DNA of 49,361 nucleotides from Lactobacillus sp. UBA5815 (GCA_002417825.1 DICX01000058.1:1-49361), one strand, 5' to 3'; positions 38,547 through 47,735 are shown, counted from the first letter of the stretch. The notes: a model not told the origin generated them from the letters alone. Made by a program: numbers and translations.

Positions 38547-39264
38547 GTTTCGCCTCTTGATCGAGATCGAGAACGATCTTACCGTGCGATAGCATGAGCA
38601 GCCGATTACCATAACGGATCGCATCTTGCATATTGTGCGTGACCATTAAAGCTGTGAGATGATTGCGTTCAACGATTCGTGAAGTCAGCGACATGACTGT
38701 CGCACTGGTTTTAGGATCTAGTGCTGCCGTATGCTCATCCAGTAAAAGCAATCGTGGCGTTTCCAGCGTGGCCATCAAAAGCGTGATGGCCTGTCGCTGA
38801 CCGCCAGAGAGCAAGCCCATCTCATCTTTCAACCGATTCTCCAAGCCAAGATGAAGTTGCGCCAAAGATGTCTCTAACTTTTCATGATCCTGCTTTCTAA
38901 CGCCCATCCGCCAAAATCGTCTTGTAGTACCACGTTGCAACGCCAAAGCCAGATTTTCTTCAATCGTCAAATGAGAAGCGGTTCCTGAACGTGGATCTTG
39001 AAAAACTCGACTGATCATTTTTGCCCTTTGCGCAACATTTTGTGTGGTGACATCTTGCCCATCAAGGCTGATTTTTCCTGACGATACTGGCAGAAAACCA
39101 GCAACACTATTGAGCAGCGTTGATTTCCCCGCCCCATTGCCACCGATGACTGTAACAAAATCACCTTGTTCGAGTGCTAGATTCAAGTCACGAAGCGCAT
39201 AAGTTTCGGTCGGCGTGTTTCGCCCAAAAATTTGATTTAGATGTTCGATCCTCAAAACGGTCAT
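38461..39264 (-). CDS. ABC ATP-binding protein (aromatic amino acid uptake, TrpXYZ-type)
   Basis: GGNGAGKST, RVFQDP, LSGGQRQA and LLDEHTAALDP. Confidence 0.9.
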   Translation of the reverse strand: MTVLRIEHLNQIFGRNTPTETYALRDLNLALEQGDFVTVIGGNGAGKSTLLNSVAGFLPVSSGKISLDGQDVTTQNVAQRAKMISRVFQDPRSGTASHLTIEENLALALQRGTTRRFWRMGVRKQDHEKLETSLAQLHLGLENRLKDEMGLLSGGQRQAITLLMATLETPRLLLLDEHTAALDPKTSATVMSLTSRIVERNHLTALMVTHNMQDAIRYGNRLLMLSHGKIVLDLDQEAKQHLTVPDLMARFKETQGTTLSDDSLLLS

Positions 39265-40160
39265 TTTGATACCTCTTCTTTTTTAAACCATGATCGAAAA
39301 AAACGTGCCAATCGACGATCAAGACGTGGTATAGAAAGAAACAAAACCAACATGACCGCATAAAACAGTCGCAATAAATTAGGATCGACGCCGAGTTCCA
39401 AAACACCGGCAATCAGCCAACGATAAACGATTGCACCACCAACGATCGTCAAAAAGCGTTTCCCCAAACTTGACTTGTGAAACACCATCTCCGCCATGAT
39501 GATGGCAGAAAGTGCGATGACCAAGGTGCCGATTCCCATACTGACGTCTGCGTACCCGTTAGTCTGCGCCATCAAACTACCTGAAAGTGCAATAAAACTG
39601 TTGGAAATCATATAAACGATGATCTTCATCCGATCTGTGTTGATGCCATTCGCGGCACTCATCAATGGATTATCGCCGACTGCACGTGCGGCTAGCCCTA
39701 CCTCGGTTCTGAAAAAGAGAACCAAGCTTGTGATCAGCACGAGGACGAGCCCACTTGAAAAAATAATCGTTCCTCCTAATGAAGACATGGCAGAAACTGA
39801 ATTGAACACAGTTTTGACGTGACCTAAAAATGAGATGTTCGCGGCTTTCATGATCAAAAGATTCACTGAATAAAGGCCCGTCATCGTTAAAATACCTGTC
39901 AATAGATCAGGGATCTTCAGTTTCGTGTTCAACCAGCCGGAGATCACCCCCGCTAACGCACCGCCAGCAGCTCCTGCCAGCGTTGCGACGATCGGATTGC
40001 TTCCCGAAACGATCAGACGCGCACTGATCGCTGCCCCCAATGGAAAACTGCCTTCGGCAGTCATATCTGCAATATTCAAAACTCGAAACGTCAGGTAAAC
40101 GCCAATCGCCATGATTGCCCATAAAAGGCCTTGCGCAACGTTCGTCAACATGATCATCAT
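39261..40160 (-). CDS. ABC permease (TrpXYZ-type)
   Basis: DMTAEGSFPLG, GLYSVNL and GYADVSMGIG motifs; start at one of the clustered ATGs near 40160. Confidence 0.88.
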   Translation of the reverse strand: MMIMLTNVAQGLLWAIMAIGVYLTFRVLNIADMTAEGSFPLGAAISARLIVSGSNPIVATLAGAAGGALAGVISGWLNTKLKIPDLLTGILTMTGLYSVNLLIMKAANISFLGHVKTVFNSVSAMSSLGGTIIFSSGLVLVLITSLVLFFRTEVGLAARAVGDNPLMSAANGINTDRMKIIVYMISNSFIALSGSLMAQTNGYADVSMGIGTLVIALSAIIMAEMVFHKSSLGKRFLTIVGGAIVYRWLIAGVLELGVDPNLLRLFYAVMLVLFLSIPRLDRRLARFFRSWFKKEEVSK

Positions 40161-40174
40161 GATCGATACTCCCT

Positions 40175-41158
40175 TCACTTTCCACGAACTGCTTTGGCAG
40201 CACGACGTGCTTGCGCGGCAGTCACGTGAAATTGCTTCATCCGTGAGGCATTCATCTTCAAATGCAGTTTGGCCGGTGATTCAAGTGGTAATGATCTTGG
40301 CTTTTTACCCTTTAAAAGGGCAATCGCCATCTTGGCAGTTTGCCGCCCAAGGTCTTCATAGTCGACGCCTACAGTCGCAACTCCCGCATATTTGATCATC
40401 GTTGCATCTGCATTCACGACAGGTGTTTTCGTCGCAGCCGACACTTTTCCGATCGTTGGCATTGCAGCTGCCGCAACGTTGTCGGTTGGAACGTAGATCA
40501 CGTCTGCTTTTTGACTCAAAGCTTGTGCAGCCTGTTCGACATCATTAGTCGTTGCTGCCGTCTTGACGACGACTTTCAGTTTCAGCCGTTTAAGTTCTTT
40601 TTCTGCCAATTTGATCTGGTAGACTGAATTGGGTTCAGCAGCGTTGTACAAAAGGCCAACTGTCTTTGCTTTTGGAAACAAGCGATGTGTGAAATCAATC
40701 TGACCTTTGACGTTGACGAGATCTGTCACGCCAGTCGCATTTCGATCTGGACGTTTTGTATCTGTCATCAAACCAGCTGATTTTGGGTCTGTGATCGCCG
40801 TGAACAACAAAGGCGTTTTAGGAGCCGCTTTATGTAAAGCCTGTGCAGCTGGCGTTGCGATCGCCAAGTTCAATGTGTTATGGTCTTGCGCTAAGCGTGC
40901 GCTCATTGCAGTCAAATTGCTTTGATCGCCATTTGCATTCAAGAAATCGATCTTAAGCTTTGACCCGTGATAGCCTTTTTGTGCCAATTCTTCTGTAAAA
41001 CCACGCTTAGCCGCATTCAAAGCTTTTTGATCGATCAATTGCAAGATTCCGATTTTGATCGTACCATTCGAACGCGATTGCTTTTGACAACCTGTGATAA
41101 CGACCATTGCAGTGGCTGCCAAAAAAGTGATACCCCATTTTTTCCATTTCGATTTCAT
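40175..41158 (-). CDS. ABC substrate-binding lipoprotein (TrpX-like); tyrosine specificity inferred from the leader
   Basis: Start MKSKW at 41158. Lipobox ITGC; NANGDQSN, IATPAAQ, AITDP and VPTDN. Confidence 0.85.
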   Translation of the reverse strand: MKSKWKKWGITFLAATAMVVITGCQKQSRSNGTIKIGILQLIDQKALNAAKRGFTEELAQKGYHGSKLKIDFLNANGDQSNLTAMSARLAQDHNTLNLAIATPAAQALHKAAPKTPLLFTAITDPKSAGLMTDTKRPDRNATGVTDLVNVKGQIDFTHRLFPKAKTVGLLYNAAEPNSVYQIKLAEKELKRLKLKVVVKTAATTNDVEQAAQALSQKADVIYVPTDNVAAAAMPTIGKVSAATKTPVVNADATMIKYAGVATVGVDYEDLGRQTAKMAIALLKGKKPRSLPLESPAKLHLKMNASRMKQFHVTAAQARRAAKAVRGK

Positions 41159-41194
41159 TTCTAAAAACCTTTCTTCTGATAAACACACACGAAA

Positions 41195-41375
41195 GAAAAG
41201 AAAAACGCCGGTCACTCGTTCTCCAAGTGACTGGCGTTTATTTCCGGAAATAAAAACACCACATAGAGAACGATGTTCATCCATGTGGCTTTAATTGAGC
41301 TCGACTTAAAAGACTATGCCGTCATGGATGCAAACCTGCGTGTGCGGCTTGCATCCCTAAAGACTCAAACCGCTA
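41195..41375 (-). promoter_or_regulatory. Attenuator RNA with alternative hairpins and two intrinsic terminators
   Basis: Hairpin 41326-41356; terminator 1 41259-41288 plus U-tract; terminator 2 41201-41239 plus U-tract; CATCCATG/CATGGATG antiterminator pairing. Confidence 0.8.
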
Positions 41376-41432
41376 ACCATAATAGCTATAGTCATAAATA
41401 TGATTAAAATGTTTTCTTTTCAGCTCACTCAT
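41373..41432 (-). CDS. Tyr-rich leader peptide (19 aa, MSELKRKHFNHIYDYSYYG)
   Basis: SD AAGGAG 8 nt before the ATG; four TAT codons in the last seven sense codons; followed by the attenuator hairpins. Confidence 0.8.
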   Translation of the reverse strand: MSELKRKHFNHIYDYSYYG

Positions 41433-41474
41433 TCGTGCAACTCCTTAAAAAACATAATTTGATGAGTTAACGTG

Positions 41475-41503
41475 AGTTTAATGCTTCATGTTTAACTTGT
41501 CAA
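41475..41503 (-). promoter_or_regulatory. Sigma-A promoter
   Basis: TTGACA-N17-TAAACT. Confidence 0.75.
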
Positions 41504-41525
41504 GTCATCGAAAAAATAGATTTAT

Positions 41526-41554
41526 TTGACAAACTTCTTTTTAATTAGTAGAAT
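41526..41554 (+). promoter_or_regulatory. Sigma-A promoter
   Basis: TTGACA-N17-TAGAAT. Confidence 0.8.
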
Positions 41555-41603
41555 GATTTCTGTTGTCATTAGTGAACTTTGATGCTTGATTAAGGAGACT
41601 CAA

Positions 41604-41702
41604 ATGTTTTTCAATCGTATCTTTCGTGAATGTCTTTGTGCAATGAGACCGAACAGTTCGTTTTCACTGCATTTTTGGCGTTCATTGAATTGGACGCGTT
41701 GA
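41604..41702 (+). CDS. Putative Cys-containing leader peptide (32 aa, MFFNRIFRECLCAMRPNSSFSLHFWRSLNWTR)
   Basis: SD AAGGAG 6 nt before the ATG; TGT codons at positions 10 and 12, just before the antiterminator arm. Confidence 0.7.
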   Translation: MFFNRIFRECLCAMRPNSSFSLHFWRSLNWTR

Positions 41703-41726
41703 ATCTTTAATCAAGTGCAAAAAGTG

Positions 41727-41772
41727 AAAACCCTGTTTTGGTCGGACGACGATCAAACAGGGTTTTTTCTTT
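41727..41772 (+). terminator. Attenuator terminator in the 5' leader of the cystine-type ABC operon
   Basis: AAAACCCTGTTTTGGTCG-gacga-CGATCAAACAGGGTTTTTTCTTT, located between the promoter and the first gene. Confidence 0.85.
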
Positions 41773-41812
41773 TGACCAAAGTGGAGCAAAAGAAAGGATT
41801 GGAAAATAAAAA

Positions 41813-42511
41813 GTGTGGTCAATCATCATCAAAGCTCTTCCGCAACTGATCGCTGCCGGAATCAAATACACGCTGCCCATGGCCGTGATCGCGTTCATCT
41901 TCGGCCTCATCTTGGCCCTGATCACGGCTTTGGTACGCCTATCGCCGCGCGGAGGTGCTTTTAACATCATAAAAGTGATTTTTCGCTTTTATGTCTGGCT
42001 GTTCAGAAGTACGCCCTTGCTGGTCCAGTTGTTTATCGTTTATTTTGGATTGCCCTATTTGAGATGGGCTCCCCTGTGGCCAAACGGTATCAAGCTAGGG
42101 GCGCTCACTGCCGGCATCATCACGTTTTCCTTGAATACTGGGGCTTATGCTTCCGAAACGATCCGCGCGGCGATTGCTTCGCTGCCACGGGGACAATGGG
42201 AAGCCGCTTATGCACTTGGAATGACAAAGCGCAAAGTCTTGCAGCGGATCATCCTGCCACAAGCACTTCGTGTCGCCTTACCACCATTAGCAAACAGTTT
42301 CATCGGCCTCGTGAAAGACACGTCGCTGGCAGCTTCGATCACGATCGTGGAAATGTTCGAGGTCAGCCAGCAGATCGCAGCTGAGAATTATCAGCCATTG
42401 CTGATGTATTCCCTAGTCGCACTGCTCTATGCTGTTGTCTGCAGCCTATTGTCTTGGCTACAAGGGCATCTGGAAAAAATCACGTCACGTTACGTGTTGA
42501 AACGGCCTTAG
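41813..42511 (+). CDS. Polar amino acid ABC permease (cystine TcyB-like)
   Basis: FRSTPLLVQLF, GAYASETIRAAI, GQWEAA and VKDTSLA. Confidence 0.9.
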   Translation: MWSIIIKALPQLIAAGIKYTLPMAVIAFIFGLILALITALVRLSPRGGAFNIIKVIFRFYVWLFRSTPLLVQLFIVYFGLPYLRWAPLWPNGIKLGALTAGIITFSLNTGAYASETIRAAIASLPRGQWEAAYALGMTKRKVLQRIILPQALRVALPPLANSFIGLVKDTSLAASITIVEMFEVSQQIAAENYQPLLMYSLVALLYAVVCSLLSWLQGHLEKITSRYVLKRP

Positions 42512-42524
42512 AAAGGAGCATCGC

Positions 42525-43271
42525 ATGTTAAAAGTACAACAGCTGACGAAAAGTTTCGGCAAAAACGAAGTTTTGCATCAGATCAGTGTGGACTTCCCTG
42601 AACATGAAACGACAGTCGTCTTAGGCCCTTCCGGATCAGGGAAATCAACACTGCTGCGTTCACTGAATCTTTTGGAACACCCAGAAAGTGGCCAATATGC
42701 CTTCGATAATCGGCATTTTGATTTTGCCAAAGGCATCACGGCTAAAGACACGCTTATGATTCGGCGGCAAACCGAGATGGTTTTTCAAGACTATAACTTG
42801 TTTCCACATCTAACTGTCTTGAAAAACGTGATGGAGGGGCAGATTCAAGTACTGGGATTGCCTAAAAAAGAGGCTGAAGCCAAAAGTTGGGAACTGCTGA
42901 AAAAAGTCGGCGTTGCCAGCCGCGCTCAAGCTTATCCGAGCCAGCTTTCTGGCGGTCAAGCTCAGCGCGTCGCGATCGCACGTTCGTTGGCAATGCAACC
43001 CAAATACATTTTGTTGGACGAACCAACGAGTGCATTGGATCCAGAAGCCGAACTCGAAGTTCTTAAGGTGCTCAAACAGCTTCACGAAGAAAACCGTTCC
43101 TTAGTGATCGTGACGCATAATCTGGCTTTTGCACAGCAAGTTGCTGATAAAATCGTGTTCTTAGAAGATGGCCAGATCTTGTTCAATGGTACCCAAGAAG
43201 CCTTCTTCAGTCCAAAACAAACATCAAGGATCAAGACTTTCATCCAAGCCATGACCTTTGCTCAAATTTAA
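42525..43271 (+). CDS. Polar amino acid ABC ATP-binding protein (TcyC-like)
   Basis: GPSGSGKST, LSGGQAQR and DEPTSALDPE. Confidence 0.92.
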   Translation: MLKVQQLTKSFGKNEVLHQISVDFPEHETTVVLGPSGSGKSTLLRSLNLLEHPESGQYAFDNRHFDFAKGITAKDTLMIRRQTEMVFQDYNLFPHLTVLKNVMEGQIQVLGLPKKEAEAKSWELLKKVGVASRAQAYPSQLSGGQAQRVAIARSLAMQPKYILLDEPTSALDPEAELEVLKVLKQLHEENRSLVIVTHNLAFAQQVADKIVFLEDGQILFNGTQEAFFSPKQTSRIKTFIQAMTFAQI

Positions 43272-43289
43272 TCGCTTAAAAGGAGAAAA

Positions 43290-44099
43290 ATGAAAATGAA
43301 AAAGTTGAATAAAAAATGGTTCGCTATGTTGATTCCGTTGCTCGCCCTGATCACATTGAGCGCTTGCGCAACGAAAAAGACGAGCGATTCAACGTCTTCC
43401 CTACATTTGACGCAAGCCAAGACATTGACGATCGGCTTAGAGGGCGATTACGCCCCTTATTCTTTCCGCAGTAAAAACGGTCATTTGACTGGATTTGAAG
43501 TTGAATTAGGCCGCCGCTTAGCCAAGAAGCTTGGCTTGAAACCAAAGTTCGTTTTGACGAAATGGGATGGCTTGATCGCTGGTTTGGGAACGAACAAATA
43601 TGACGTCGTCTTAAATAACATTGGAAAAACGCCACAACGTGCCAAAAATTTCCAAGTCACAGTCCCTTATATCTATTCACATTCGATCTTGATCACCCGC
43701 GATACTGAGAAAAAGATGACCAGCTTAAAGGCCATCAAAGGTAAGAAATTTGCAGAAGGTACCGGCACCAATAACGAATTGATCGCCAAAAAATTTGGTG
43801 CGACAGTGCTGCCATCACCTAGTTTCACGACAACACTGGATTTGATCAAACAAGGTCGTGCCGATGGTGCCATCAACTCTAGAGAAGCATGGCTCGCTTA
43901 TAAGCAGCAAAATTCAACCAAAGGCTTGAAAATGAAAGATGTTTCAGACGAACAAGCACCAGGTGAAATCGTCGGTCTGTTGAACCGTCGTTCAAACACG
44001 CTTAAAGGAAAATTGAACCGTGCTCTGAAACAATTGCGTCAAGAAGGCGAATTGAAGCGTTTGTCAGTCAAATATTTTCATAGTGACATCACGAAATAA
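43290..44099 (+). CDS. Amino acid ABC substrate-binding lipoprotein (cystine TcyA/FliY-like)
   Basis: Lipobox LSAC; GLEGDYAPYS, LTGFEVE and KWDGLIAGL. Confidence 0.85.
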   Translation: MKMKKLNKKWFAMLIPLLALITLSACATKKTSDSTSSLHLTQAKTLTIGLEGDYAPYSFRSKNGHLTGFEVELGRRLAKKLGLKPKFVLTKWDGLIAGLGTNKYDVVLNNIGKTPQRAKNFQVTVPYIYSHSILITRDTEKKMTSLKAIKGKKFAEGTGTNNELIAKKFGATVLPSPSFTTTLDLIKQGRADGAINSREAWLAYKQQNSTKGLKMKDVSDEQAPGEIVGLLNRRSNTLKGKLNRALKQLRQEGELKRLSVKYFHSDITK

Positions 44100-44123
44100 T
44101 GGGATCACTTGATGATTAAATTT

Positions 44124-44161
44124 AAAAAAGCACTCAGGTCAAATCTCTGAGTGCTTTTTTT
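44124..44161. terminator. Bidirectional intrinsic terminator
   Basis: AAAAAAGCACTCAG...CTGAGTGCTTTTTT. Confidence 0.85.
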
Positions 44162-44202
44162 GAAGCTCTGAATCATTAAAATTGAAAAAATCTACCTTTT
44201 GC

Positions 44203-45099
44203 TCACTCAGAGGTCATCGCCCATGGTCCTTCTTGAGCGGTCAAATAAAACAGCTGAGTCTCGGTTTCAAAACCATTATGCTGATAAATTTTTATTGCAG
44301 CAATATTGTCACTATCCACACCAAGCTTAAAAGGATACTGATTAGCCGTCTTGACCATTAGATCATGAACGAAACGTGTTCCTAGTCCCTGACCGCGATA
44401 TTTTTCGGCAATGAACAAACCGAACAGATAATTATAATCGCCAAAATCAACCGCGCTGTAGCCGATCGTTTCGCCATCAAGCAAGGCCACGTAACCGTTT
44501 TGCTTTCGAACCGCTGTTTTTAAATAACGTGCTGATCCAGATCCATCAGTTTCATCAAAAGCTGCCATGTAAACTGGCAGCAAGTTCGGAATATCTTGTT
44601 CTGTGATTAAACGGACTTGAAGTGGATCAGTCGAAATTTGGCTTTTTTTAGGCGTCGATGGTGCAACCAGTTGAAATTCACTGATTTCATCTGGTTGCAA
44701 TTTTGTTTTCGTAAGAAAATTGGGATTCTGTTTCAAAAATGCGTGTTCACTTAAAAACTCAGCATGTTCATAACCATATCTTTTCAAGGTTCGTTTTGCA
44801 TCACGCCACAGGTGTTGCGCAATCTTACGGCGTCTGAATTCAGGAAGTACGTTGATCGTCACATCGACTTCCCCATCTTGAGGACTTTCATCGGCATATA
44901 ACGTCAACAAGCCGACGAGACGTGGGCCATAAAATGCTAAGAAAAACGCCGGCATTTCTTTAAATGTATTGAAATCATTATTTAAATAAGGATCTCTACG
45001 ACTGCCATCGTTTTGATGGACTCGTGAGATCAGTTTTTTAGCTGCTGCTTCATGTGCCTGGGTCAGGCACGGTTCAGCCAAAAATCGAATCGTCGTCAT
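44203..45099 (-). CDS. Tandem GNAT-family N-acetyltransferase
   Basis: Two acetyl-CoA motifs (VLPEFRRRKIA and YRGQGLG) and NIAAIKIYQHNGF. Confidence 0.85.
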   Translation of the reverse strand: MTTIRFLAEPCLTQAHEAAAKKLISRVHQNDGSRRDPYLNNDFNTFKEMPAFFLAFYGPRLVGLLTLYADESPQDGEVDVTINVLPEFRRRKIAQHLWRDAKRTLKRYGYEHAEFLSEHAFLKQNPNFLTKTKLQPDEISEFQLVAPSTPKKSQISTDPLQVRLITEQDIPNLLPVYMAAFDETDGSGSARYLKTAVRKQNGYVALLDGETIGYSAVDFGDYNYLFGLFIAEKYRGQGLGTRFVHDLMVKTANQYPFKLGVDSDNIAAIKIYQHNGFETETQLFYLTAQEGPWAMTSE

Positions 45100-45153
45100 T
45101 TGATGCCATTCTTTCTGACAAAAAGATGACTTTCAAGTCATCGAAAACAAAGT

Positions 45154-45687
45154 TTAAAATCGCCCATGATGGCGGAGCCGCTTCAATCCCCAACAACAAA
45201 TCGGCAATAAGATCGCCAAAAAAATCGCATTGGCAACGGCTGCTGTCAAACTGAACAGCGCTGCTGTCATGGCGGTTGAAAGCGCCGTTCCGATCATCAA
45301 GCTTTCGACGACGCCAACAAGATATGACGTGATGATCTTCGTGATGCCACCGCAGATTCCCACGACGACATCATTTCCACGCGTCATCCGATCGACCAAC
45401 GTCAAAACAGCCGCAAAAATAATCGCTTCGATCATCGTCAGCCAAGAAGTTGCGGCATAGCCATTCAGCAGATCAAAACCGCCCAACCCGATGACACCAG
45501 CGACCGCGCCGGCACGAAATCCAAGCATCAAAACTGCTAATGCCGTCAGCAAGTTTCCAAAGTGGATGAATGGCCTGCCAACGATCGCCGGTAGTGGAAA
45601 GCGTAAACTAAAAACGCCCACGTAGATCAAGGCTGCAAAAAGGCCTGTAACGGCTATTTTTTGTAAACGGGTCAAATTTAATCGCAT
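45154..45687 (-). CDS. ECF transporter S component, probably vitamin B6
   Basis: PFIHFGN and GGFDLLNGY motifs; start MRLNL (SD GGAGGA); overlaps the pyridoxal kinase gene. Confidence 0.78.
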   Translation of the reverse strand: MRLNLTRLQKIAVTGLFAALIYVGVFSLRFPLPAIVGRPFIHFGNLLTALAVLMLGFRAGAVAGVIGLGGFDLLNGYAATSWLTMIEAIIFAAVLTLVDRMTRGNDVVVGICGGITKIITSYLVGVVESLMIGTALSTAMTAALFSLTAAVANAIFLAILLPICCWGLKRLRHHGRF

Positions 45688-46538
45688 TCGTTGTTCCTCC
45701 ATGTTGCCAGTTTTTGACAAAACGTTAAAAGTGCTTCGTTGTAAATCGGTCCCAGGCGCGAATCACGCGATGAAGCTTGACTGGTTTCCTGCAACATCTG
45801 CGTGATTGCAGACATCGCTTCAGGAATCAGTACTGGCAAAGGGACCTCATAATAACGCCCTGCCATGATCAAACTCGCAAAAACATCTCCTGTTCCCATA
45901 AAATTGCCTGGAACGCGCGAAGCATGCCACACTTTAGGCGACGTCTGGTCAGAAAAAAGGCCCAAAACGACGATGTCCTCCCCCTCGGACACTCCGGTCA
46001 GCAGCCACGACACAGATGGGAACTTTTCTTGCAGATCGCTGATCAATCGCTTGGCTGCCGGCAGATCAAGCTTGGCAACCAATGGACGGTCAAGCAGTAA
46101 GCACGCTTCCGTCACGTTTGGCGTCACCAGATCAGCTTGTGTGACTAACTCACGCATCTTGATCGCATAACGCAGATCAAAGCCACGATAAAATCGGCCA
46201 TTATCGGCCATTGCCGGATCTAACAAGAGCTGATGCTTTTTTGAAAAAACGCGAGGCAACTCTTTTATGACGACGTCGATGGCTTCTTGTCCCAAATAGC
46301 CTAAATAGATTTGGTCGAATTCTAATGGGATATGCTGCCAATGTGAAATGATCGCAGTCATCATGCTGCTAAGATCGAAACGAGCTGGTGTGCCAAATCC
46401 GCCAGTATGGGTCGAAAGCAACGTCGTCGGCAGGCAAGTTGGTTCACACCCGCTTGCTCCTAAAATCGACAAGCCGACACTGAGCGAGACTTGTCCTGCA
46501 CAAGAAAGATCTTCAGCGAGCAGCAGCTGATGTTTCAT
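45678..46538 (-). CDS. pdxK: Pyridoxal/pyridoxamine kinase (PfkB family)
   Basis: DLSCAGQVSL, LSTHTGGF, DPAMADNG, TPNVTEA and GTGDVFAS. Confidence 0.8.
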   Translation of the reverse strand: MKHQLLLAEDLSCAGQVSLSVGLSILGASGCEPTCLPTTLLSTHTGGFGTPARFDLSSMMTAIISHWQHIPLEFDQIYLGYLGQEAIDVVIKELPRVFSKKHQLLLDPAMADNGRFYRGFDLRYAIKMRELVTQADLVTPNVTEACLLLDRPLVAKLDLPAAKRLISDLQEKFPSVSWLLTGVSEGEDIVVLGLFSDQTSPKVWHASRVPGNFMGTGDVFASLIMAGRYYEVPLPVLIPEAMSAITQMLQETSQASSRDSRLGPIYNEALLTFCQKLATWRNNECD

Positions 46539-46598
46539 TTGAACCCTCCTTTTATCGTAAAAATGACGATCGTGAACTTGAAATCTAGTTTAATTTGA

Positions 46599-47735
46599 TC
46601 ATTTTACTGATTTAAAAGCAAACGATTTTTTGAGCCAAGCTTCAAATTTAAGTGAAATGAATGCAGAAGCAAACGAGATGAACCAAGTCAGCACATAAAT
46701 GACGAAAAGACCCCAAACGGGATGTGTCGTGATGATTTTTCGGCCAAACGCCAACCAGAGGCATTGTGCCCAAAAGACATGAGACAGATAAGCTTGATAG
46801 GCCAGTCCTGCTAAACAGTGCACGATAAGCGTCAGTTTTGATCGGCGCATGAGCTGCTTTTGTGCCCATGACACGATCGAAAAAATCACCATCAAATCAT
46901 AAAAGATCATGCTGAAGCTGACATAAGGCGAATGGTTCAAGTCAACTGGAAAACCATAGGAAAGCAAACTTTTCACGTTCCAGAAGAAGTCTATAAAACT
47001 TAAAATGCCCCAAAGCCACCATGATTTTTCAAACGAAGGCAGCAGCCAGTGATGATATTGCCAAGTCAGCATCCCTAAGACGCCAAAGCACAAAAAGCTG
47101 ATGAACAGCCGATCGCACCAGTACCAATCGCTCGAATGCGGGCCAACAAGAACGTTGTACTCATAAAACAAAATCCAAATAATCTGAACGAGAAGCGTTG
47201 CAACGACGCTCACAACTCCTCGATCACGATCATGTCCACACCAGCGCCCCAATTTCCAAAACGCTGGCATCAACAAGATGAATTGAATCATCATGGTGTT
47301 ATACCAAAGGTGAGGCGCGGCATTGCCATTGATGAACTGCCACAAAAAACTAGGTATATCATGATAGGCACTGACTTGCTGCAACCATGGCATCATGGTC
47401 AAATAAATGATCGTCCAAAAAAAGGTCGGAAAAAACGTGGTCAGACAAGCTTGTTTCAAATAACGCCGATACATTGGCGGATCAGTGATCTTTTGCCGCG
47501 TCGTCGTATAGAGGATTCCGAAAATAAAAGCCGGTGCCGTGAACTTGACCAGCTCGTAAACGATACCGATTCCTGTTTGGATGTCATGATCCGTCCTCGC
47601 CGCCAACGTCCAGCTGAGCAAGCTCTGCAGCATCACTGCCGTACATGCCATGACTTTTAAATAATCGCCGATGTCAGCTTGAGGATTTTTTATAGAATTT
47701 AGTTTCATTTTCTCAGATAAAACGCCTCTCTTCAA
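46599..47735 (-). CDS. Acyltransferase-3 family membrane O-acyltransferase
   Basis: KFTAPAFIFG, APHLWY and AYLSHVF, about 10 TM; the start may be ATG 47708. Confidence 0.8.
   Translation of the reverse strand: MKRGVLSEKMKLNSIKNPQADIGDYLKVMACTAVMLQSLLSWTLAARTDHDIQTGIGIVYELVKFTAPAFIFGILYTTTRQKITDPPMYRRYLKQACLTTFFPTFFWTIIYLTMMPWLQQVSAYHDIPSFLWQFINGNAAPHLWYNTMMIQFILLMPAFWKLGRWCGHDRDRGVVSVVATLLVQIIWILFYEYNVLVGPHSSDWYWCDRLFISFLCFGVLGMLTWQYHHWLLPSFEKSWWLWGILSFIDFFWNVKSLLSYGFPVDLNHSPYVSFSMIFYDLMVIFSIVSWAQKQLMRRSKLTLIVHCLAGLAYQAYLSHVFWAQCLWLAFGRKIITTHPVWGLFVIYVLTWFISFASAFISLKFEAWLKKSFAFKSVK

Noticed and set aside
41159-41284. N-terminal extension of the binding-protein ORF in the track
   Set aside because: It runs through two terminators, and the lipoprotein signal peptide begins at 41158.
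41650-41660. CGAACAGTTCG resembling a Gram-positive LexA box
   Set aside because: The spacer is 1 nt rather than 4, and the sequence is part of the attenuator RNA.
41707-41970. 87-aa minus-strand ORF, and the many other short antisense ORFs in the track
   Set aside because: They overlap well-supported genes or attenuators on the opposite strand and show no convincing SD or motifs.
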